Shown here: positions 58,607 through 64,000 of the stretch, piece by piece
Position numbering within the stretch: the first letter of the stretch is position 1
Layout: every line of letters starts with the position of its first letter
DNA from: an uncultured delta proteobacterium
GTDB taxonomy: Bacteria; Desulfobacterota; RBG-13-43-22
Length of the DNA: 64,000 nt
NCBI GenBank assembly: GCA_963790475.1
Contig: CAWBOS010000010.1
Coordinates: 1,216,001 to 1,280,000 of the forward strand
Direction: 5' to 3'
Program-made: the position numbers and the translations under genes
Notes under the pieces: model-generated
Told to the model about the DNA's origin: nothing
Database searches by the model: none
What the model saw: the letters and a program-made list of their open reading frames with translations, nothing else

Positions 58607-59338
58607 TTATATCTCAACTTTACTTCTCCGCTGAAAATCCATAGCCGCTTGCAGGTAGGCGATTATCAGACGGTGCGGGCTGTCGAGGCTTGAAGAAAGC
58701 TGCGGCAGAAAAAGTGTGGCCAAGAAAAAACGATGATCGGGCATCTCTACTATTCTGCCTTCTCCTTTGGAGTCCACCCCGGATATTTTGAGTTCCCCGG
58801 CGCCGATTTTATCCCTATATTGAGGATTCAGGCCATAATTGCAACGGAATTCCTCAACTATTTCTTCTTGCCCATACACCCGGTGGGCCAGGGTGCCTGG
58901 CACGATTTTTATAGTCAGCGCCTGATCGACAAGCGAACAGCTTAATTTGCTGATCACCAGGTTTGCTGCCTTCGGAGCGGATTCTTCGTGCTCCGCATCA
59001 GGGATCCCCAACACATTCCGTGCATACTCTACCAGAGTATGTTGAAACCCTCCTCAGGTTCCCACAAATGGCCAGTCGTTTTCGCGGGCGAATCTAATGG
59101 CCCTCAGGGCCCCGTTCATGCTCTGGTAAGGGCTGCCCGGAGAACACCAAAGGGCGTCAAAATGCTTCAACACCATTTCAGCGCCTTCATCATCCAGCGA
59201 GGGGGTCGGCAGCCAGGAGCAATCCACAATCAGGGACACGGCCCTGGCGGCATGACTTAGGGCGTCATTAGTGGCCGTGTGATACGGGGATTTCGGATCA
59301 AAATCCCCGATGATCCCAACGCGAACGGTCCGGTCCAT
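58607..59338 (-). CDS. Stand-alone CTP-synthase glutaminase-like (class I GATase) protein, probable selenoprotein (UGA at 59056-59054)
   Basis: The ORFs 59054-59338 and 58607-59014 are in one frame and join as PFVGT-UGA-GGFQHTLVEYARNVLG. Hairpin CATACTCT-GGT-AGAGTATG starts 12 nt after the UGA. Confidence 0.85.
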
Positions 59339-59411
59339 ACCCTATTTCTCCTGACCTGGTGTAGGTAGATATTTTGTCCAAAGAAGATCCACCTGACTAA
59401 TTAATATTTTC

Positions 59412-59501
59412 TCACACTCTTTCATGTTTAGTGGATGAGGATACATAAATCGGGGATTTCCGAAGTTGCAACGCATGCTTCTGTAAAAAATATCGAGTAT
59501 A
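59412..59501 (-). pseudogene. 3' end of the GNAT acetyltransferase split off by IS1380
   Basis: Reads (Y)TRYFLQKHAL...ERV*, continuing FPEGY of 61044-61437 once the IS is removed. Confidence 0.8.
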
Positions 59502-61043
59502 CCCGGATGTTGCATAAAAAAAGTGCAAATTTTGTAAAGACCGATCAGGCGGCCTTTTTAAAAGCATCCAGATACACAAAAAAGTCTCTTTGGACTGATT
59601 CATTTCCATTAAGCGTCAGGGTTAGTTGCTTTTGGGGTAACGTTAATCTCCCTGCTCTTTGAATAATCAGATGGCGTAAAGTTTTTAATTCTTCAAAACA
59701 CCATAGAGGGGCTCTTTTCTCGGTCGTCCCTCTTTCCCTTGGACGAGCCGCCATTTGTAATTCGCGGGTTAAATTGTGGGCCATGATTGCAGCCATCGTA
59801 TAAAGCTGGTTTCCGCCCCAGCGACGAACAGGGATATAATCCATTTGAGCTTGAGATTTCAATTCTCCAAAGAGTCCTTCCTGGTCGGCGCGCCCATTAT
59901 GGAACATCAATACCTTCTTAGCCTTGACCCGCTTGTTGGTTACGATGACTTTAAATTCGTAGCCTTCCTCCCGAGGAACGAATAAGTCCAGTTGAATCGG
60001 ACCTCGGAAAGCCAGGGAGACTCGTTGACGGATGCACAGGAAACGAAATCGGTTATCCCATTTCTTGGGTTTCCAAAACGTTTCAAACCAAGACCATCGG
60101 TCATCCAGCCGCTTCCAACGTTTTCGCTCCTGGATCATTTGTTTCCATTCGGCAAAACGTTCAAAAGGCACTGACAGAGTAAACTCAACCCCTTGTTCTT
60201 CTAAAAACGGTACGAGGTTATCGTTAAAAAAGGCGCTGTCCAGTCGGGCTTCTATGATTACGCCGGGAAGGGCTTCCTTCAAGAGGCGTAGGCATTGTTC
60301 GATAAATTCCCGTGCTCCATTAGAGTCGTGGACATTTCCGGAACGAAACAGGGTATCGAAAACCTGCCCGGTTTGGGCAATGGTGCAGAACAAAGGATAA
60401 TAACTGCGGGCTCCTTTTTTCTTTTTGTTATACCCCACAGCGGTTCCCTCCGCTCGACGCTGACAGGTCCAAAGAACGGATCCGTCAAAATCCAGTGTCA
60501 GACGAAAAGGAGCCAACTTTTGCAGTCTGGCAATAACCTGGTTCCGGCATAGTTCCCGAACTTTTTCGATGGCCGAAATATCAATCGTTCGCAAAGCGCG
60601 AGAAACCGTTGAGACCTCTGGCAGCCTTTTTAACCCTAATAAACGCTTGATCAAGGGATCATCTTGGTAATAATCCAGATCCCTCAGCTTACGGAAACCC
60701 AGTAAAAGGTGAAAGATCAAAAGAAGCATAATGAGGTGATGACCAAATATCTCGGAAACTTTTAAATGGTCAAAACATTTCTTGAGTTGTGCTTTGAGAT
60801 TCAGGTTCTGGAGCAGTGGCTGATAAATAACTAGCCCGGCAAATGAGGTCAATTGTTGATTTTCAAACTTGATGGCTGGAATTTTAAACATTCGACTAAA
60901 AATATTCCTTTTGCTATACTTCACCTTAGGTGGCCTCCTGTATCGGTTCTTTTGAGATGTGCTAATTTCACTTTAGCCAATACTGGAGCCACCTTCAAGC
61001 ATTTTCATGGTGTTTTATGCACTTTTATTATGCAACTATGAGG
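59502..61043 (-). mobile_element. IS1380-family insertion sequence (1542 bp)
   Basis: Inverted ends CCCGGATGTTGCATAAAAAAAGTGCA / CCTCATAGTTGCATAATAAAAGTGCA (20/26); TATA duplicated at 59498-59501 and 61044-61047. Confidence 0.9.
59545..60924 (-). CDS. IS1380-family DDE transposase
   Basis: LTSFAGL, TLDFDGS, YYPL, RSGNVH, RLDSAF, HNGRA.QE..FGELK. Confidence 0.92.
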   Translation of the reverse strand: MKYSKRNIFSRMFKIPAIKFENQQLTSFAGLVIYQPLLQNLNLKAQLKKCFDHLKVSEIFGHHLIMLLLIFHLLLGFRKLRDLDYYQDDPLIKRLLGLKRLPEVSTVSRALRTIDISAIEKVRELCRNQVIARLQKLAPFRLTLDFDGSVLWTCQRRAEGTAVGYNKKKKGARSYYPLFCTIAQTGQVFDTLFRSGNVHDSNGAREFIEQCLRLLKEALPGVIIEARLDSAFFNDNLVPFLEEQGVEFTLSVPFERFAEWKQMIQERKRWKRLDDRWSWFETFWKPKKWDNRFRFLCIRQRVSLAFRGPIQLDLFVPREEGYEFKVIVTNKRVKAKKVLMFHNGRADQEGLFGELKSQAQMDYIPVRRWGGNQLYTMAAIMAHNLTRELQMAARPRERGTTEKRAPLWCFEELKTLRHLIIQRAGRLTLPQKQLTLTLNGNESVQRDFFVYLDAFKKAA

Positions 61044-61437
61044 TATAGCCTTCAGGAAATCCTTCCGGGGACCCAAACACTTGATACCCCAGCTTCTGAC
61101 AAAATCCAAGCGCCTGAAATTCAAACGTGTCCAGATGCGCGTGTCGGCAACCACAATTGACGACTTCCTGCTCTGCCCGCGCCACAAGTTCCCTGCCATA
61201 ACCCCGACTCCGAATAGACTCCGCCAGCCACAAATGACTGATGAAGAGCCAGCCCCAATGAGTATATCCGTACAAGCCACCCATTATCTCACCTTGTTCA
61301 TCACCGATGAAAATGGCAAGGTGTTGCCAATTTTCTTTTCCCGCCTGAGCGTCATTGTAAGAAACCAAATTTCGAGCCAGAGTGCAAATATCGGCTTCGG
61401 AAGCCTGATCGTCCATCGAAATCATGTAATCTGCCAT
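61044..61437 (-). pseudogene. GNAT N-acetyltransferase interrupted by IS1380
   Basis: LWLAESIRSRGYGREL, LDTFEFQA.GF..KLGY; broken at PEGY. Confidence 0.85.
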
Positions 61438-61770
61438 ATCGCGTTCTCTGGTGTCCCAAAATATACTATTGAAGCCCGATCATGGCACCGTATTTGGAAT
61501 AAACTTCCTGGACCAATTCACCTGCTTTTGGATTGTTCCAGTCATGCATCCATTCCGATACAGTTCCAATTTTCCATCTGTCAAGTCGGCCATTTTTATT
61601 TCCTCCTTTGGCAAAGGTAAGTTACCAATGTTTTTGCCGATTTGACTACTTCCAGACCCCCCGGTCAGTGAATAATCCGAAAAAATCGATCCCCGGCTTG
61701 ATTCGCTCCCCTTTAACCCGTTATGGGCAGCAATTTTTCTTCCGCTATTAAATTATACTTAACGGCTTTC

Positions 61771-61816
61771 AAAATACTACTCTTTTTATCAAAAAATTAC
61801 GGTTTCCCGTTATTCC
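61771..61816 (+). promoter_or_regulatory. Conserved 46-bp upstream motif, copy B
   Basis: AAAATACTACTCTTTTTATCAAAAAATTACGGTTTCCCGTTATTCC. Confidence 0.75.
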
Positions 61817-61862
61817 ATTCATTGTCTGTCTCCATTATCCTTTCCAACAAGGAGACCACCCC

Positions 61863-62147
61863 ATGTCCGGATTTATCAGAATACTGCATATCGATCCTGA
61901 TTACCAGATCACCTATTTGATCCTTCGCTCTCCATTGTCTATCCGAACCTCGATTCCCCTGCAGAAGGCTATAGAACTTCTGAAAAAAGAGGATTTCGAT
62001 CTGATCATCTCGGAACCGCACAACAGGATAATTATAAAAGAGCAAGACCATTCCTTCAAATCCAGACCCATTAAGTTTGACAAACAATCCATTATGGAGA
62101 CCGACCATGACAATCTTGGGGAAATACACCCCGATCTATATTCCTAA
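61863..62147 (+). CDS. Small half-receiver-like protein; paralog of 35587-35865
   Basis: AAGGAG RBS; RILHIDPDY...AIELLKKEDFDLIISE. Confidence 0.8.
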   Translation: MSGFIRILHIDPDYQITYLILRSPLSIRTSIPLQKAIELLKKEDFDLIISEPHNRIIIKEQDHSFKSRPIKFDKQSIMETDHDNLGEIHPDLYS

Positions 62148-62200
62148 AATCGGCAAGCGAGAACCGGCAAAGTTTCATATATACATAACAGGTTTGAATT

Positions 62201-62389
62201 ATGAAGGTCATTGTAGACGAAGAGGTTTGCATCGGTTGCGAAACGTGCACCGAATTATGCCCGGAGATCTTCCGGATGGATGAGATGAAAGAAAAGGCTG
62301 AAGTCATTCAGCCTGAAGGCGGTTCGGTGAGTTGCATCGAGGAGGCCATGGAGGCCTGCCCCGTCTCCTGCATTCATTGGGAGGAATAA
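62201..62389 (+). CDS. Single-cluster [4Fe-4S] ferredoxin
   Basis: CIGCETC...CP and ACPVSCI in a 62-aa acidic protein. Confidence 0.92.
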   Translation: MKVIVDEEVCIGCETCTELCPEIFRMDEMKEKAEVIQPEGGSVSCIEEAMEACPVSCIHWEE

Positions 62390-62427
62390 CCCTTTGGATT
62401 AGCGGGATTCGGAAAAACTCATTTCTC

Positions 62428-62554
62428 ACAGGTTGCTCAAAAAGGTCCAGATCCAAGGCGCCCGAAATCCGGAGGAATGAGGCGGACAGAGAAGTACGCC
62501 GCAATGACGAGGGGTGAGGGCAACACAGGCGATGGGCTTTTTTCAGCAACCTGT
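62428..62554. mobile_element. MITE (non-autonomous inverted-repeat element)
   Basis: ACAGGTTGCTCAAAAAGGTCCA ... TGGGCTTTTTTCAGCAACCTGT inverted ends; 127 bp; no coding capacity. Confidence 0.75.
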
Positions 62555-63228
62555 TAGAGATCAGACAGATGATCTCTGAACCAGAGGGCGGCCAGCCGAG
62601 CGACCTCTTCCAGGGTCCCCCGTTCTTCAAACAAATGGGAGGCTCCGGGTATAACGACCAGTTCCTTCTCGGAGGAAAGCTTCTTCAGGGCTTCCCGGTT
62701 CATCGTGATCACCGGATGATCGTTGCCCCCAACAATGAGCAAGGTCGGGGCTTTTACCTGATAGAGTGCGGCTCCGGCCAGGTCCGGGCGACCACCGCGG
62801 GACACTACGGCCCGAATAATGTTCTGACGGTAGGCCGCGGCTACCAGTGCCGCCGCACCCCCTGTACTGGCCCCGAAATAACCTACCGCCGCTCCTCGTA
62901 GTTCTGGGTTCACGGAAACCCAGTCGGTGACGGCCGTCAATCTCTCTGCCAGGAAAGGAATATTGAACCGGTACTCTCCCGTATGAAGATCTTCAGCCTC
63001 TTCCGCAACAGTCAGAAGATCGAACAGCAGGGTTCCCAATCCCGCCCGTTGGAGGGACTGAGCCACGAACCGATTTCGAGGGCTTTTTCGGCTGCTTCCG
63101 CTGCCATGGGCAAAGACGACCAACCCCCCGGCCTGATCGGGCCGAACCAGATTGCCTTCCAGTATTGCCTCTCCCGCCGGAACTTTTACTGGCGATTCTA
63201 TCGGACCTGAGGCCTTCCCGCCAGACAT
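62554..63228 (-). CDS. Dienelactone hydrolase-family alpha/beta hydrolase (PRT-associated type)
   Basis: FAHGSGSSR.SPRN, GYFGASTG, VSRGGRPDLA, PGASHLFEE. Confidence 0.92.
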   Translation of the reverse strand: MSGGKASGPIESPVKVPAGEAILEGNLVRPDQAGGLVVFAHGSGSSRKSPRNRFVAQSLQRAGLGTLLFDLLTVAEEAEDLHTGEYRFNIPFLAERLTAVTDWVSVNPELRGAAVGYFGASTGGAAALVAAAYRQNIIRAVVSRGGRPDLAGAALYQVKAPTLLIVGGNDHPVITMNREALKKLSSEKELVVIPGASHLFEERGTLEEVARLAALWFRDHLSDL

Positions 63229-63234
63229 GTCAGC

Positions 63235-63639
63235 TTATTCCTCCAGGTCGCTGTGGGGCGCTAGTTTGAATTCCAGAATTTGATTAACCTGAACGACCAG
63301 TTCACGGTAGACCTGAGGTATTGGGCCCTTCTTGGCCAGGTCGGGGCTGTAGCCGTTCAGCATTTCCAGGTCCTTCATTTCCTGCAATTCCCCCAGTATC
63401 TGAAACCCTTGATCCGCTACGGCATCCCAGGCGACCAGGGAAATAGAACGGTTGACCTGCAAGTTATTCAATGTTTCGGGGCATAGCCACTCGGAAACCA
63501 CTAGCCGGTTCTCCGCACCCAGGGAAAGCCTTCGAGCGGCACCCAGGTGGGGTTTCCCGGAAGGATCCGCCGTAGCAATGAAAACATGGCCGACCTGGTC
63601 AGCCAGATCAACCGCTTCGGTTAGCCTCTTGGGATTCAT
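63235..63639 (-). CDS. Pyridoxamine 5'-phosphate oxidase-like FMN-binding protein
   Basis: FIATAD..G.PH, T..NL..N, GFQILG. Confidence 0.8.
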   Translation of the reverse strand: MNPKRLTEAVDLADQVGHVFIATADPSGKPHLGAARRLSLGAENRLVVSEWLCPETLNNLQVNRSISLVAWDAVADQGFQILGELQEMKDLEMLNGYSPDLAKKGPIPQVYRELVVQVNQILEFKLAPHSDLEE

Positions 63640-63702
63640 GGTTCTTCCTTTCTCCGATGAGCCTCTTTCAGGATGTCCAGCATTTCCTGATTACTGACTT
63701 AT

Positions 63703-63999
63703 TTACGAAGTCTTTTCTGCAAAGCGCTGTCGAACTTTGACCGCAATCTGGCGATCCGTCATCTTGTCTACGGTCTCAACACCGGCGATGCGTCCGCCCA
63801 GTCCCTTCTTGACCAGACGCTTCTTCAGTTCAACCTTTGCTTCCCCCGGGCCAAAGATCAAAATGGTTTCCGCATCCCCAATGCAGGCAATCACCCCATC
63901 GTAATAGAGATTGAGATGCCCCGTACGAGCTTTCTGTCGTTTGTCATCCGCCGGTACCTGATGCAAATCATAGGGACCCTTAAGAGGTGAATCGCCGGA
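63703..63999 (-). CDS. eRF1 domain-2 / baeRF-like protein (5' end outside window)
   Basis: ILIFGPGEAK.EL.KRL, ETVDKMTD.QI..KVR; frame open to the window edge. Confidence 0.7.
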   Translation of the reverse strand, partial: SGDSPLKGPYDLHQVPADDKRQKARTGHLNLYYDGVIACIGDAETILIFGPGEAKVELKKRLVKKGLGGRIAGVETVDKMTDRQIAVKVRQRFAEKTS

Positions 64000-64000
64000 A

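Overview
A 64-kb window that looks, from gene content, like an anaerobic Desulfobacterota/deltaproteobacterial chromosome (inference only). Positions 1-35 kb are organic-acid uptake and catabolism. They hold three Liv-type (HAAT) ABC transporters, a metallo-beta-lactamase-fold hydrolase, a beta-keto acid cleavage enzyme, a 3-hydroxybutyrate-dehydrogenase-like SDR, two AMP-forming acyl-CoA ligases and two alpha/beta hydrolases. They also hold one intact and one truncated NDP-forming acyl-CoA synthetase subunit, a pentaheme cytochrome c, a CoA-disulfide reductase-rhodanese fusion and a heavily decayed sigma54 activator. Positions 35.3-38.4 kb and 61.6-64 kb are two related stress modules: duplicated half-receiver proteins, Hsp20, phosphoribosyltransferase, dienelactone hydrolase, ferredoxin, a PNPOx-like protein and a baeRF-like protein. 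These modules share an ungapped 46-bp upstream motif seen three times and resemble the mycobacterial DosR dormancy gene set. Between them is about 23 kb of accessory DNA: minus-strand cassette-like genes with degenerate attC-like sites, a sigma54-driven tusA-mvhD-hdrA-hdrA-wHTH-hdrC-CCG-dsrE operon, a MazF-type toxin-antitoxin pair, an IS1380 inserted in a GNAT gene, and a CTP-synthase-glutaminase-like gene with an in-frame UGA at the catalytic nucleophile followed by a SECIS-like hairpin (probable selenoprotein). No rRNA, tRNA or CRISPR array was seen. All calls come from reading motifs by eye; no database search was run.
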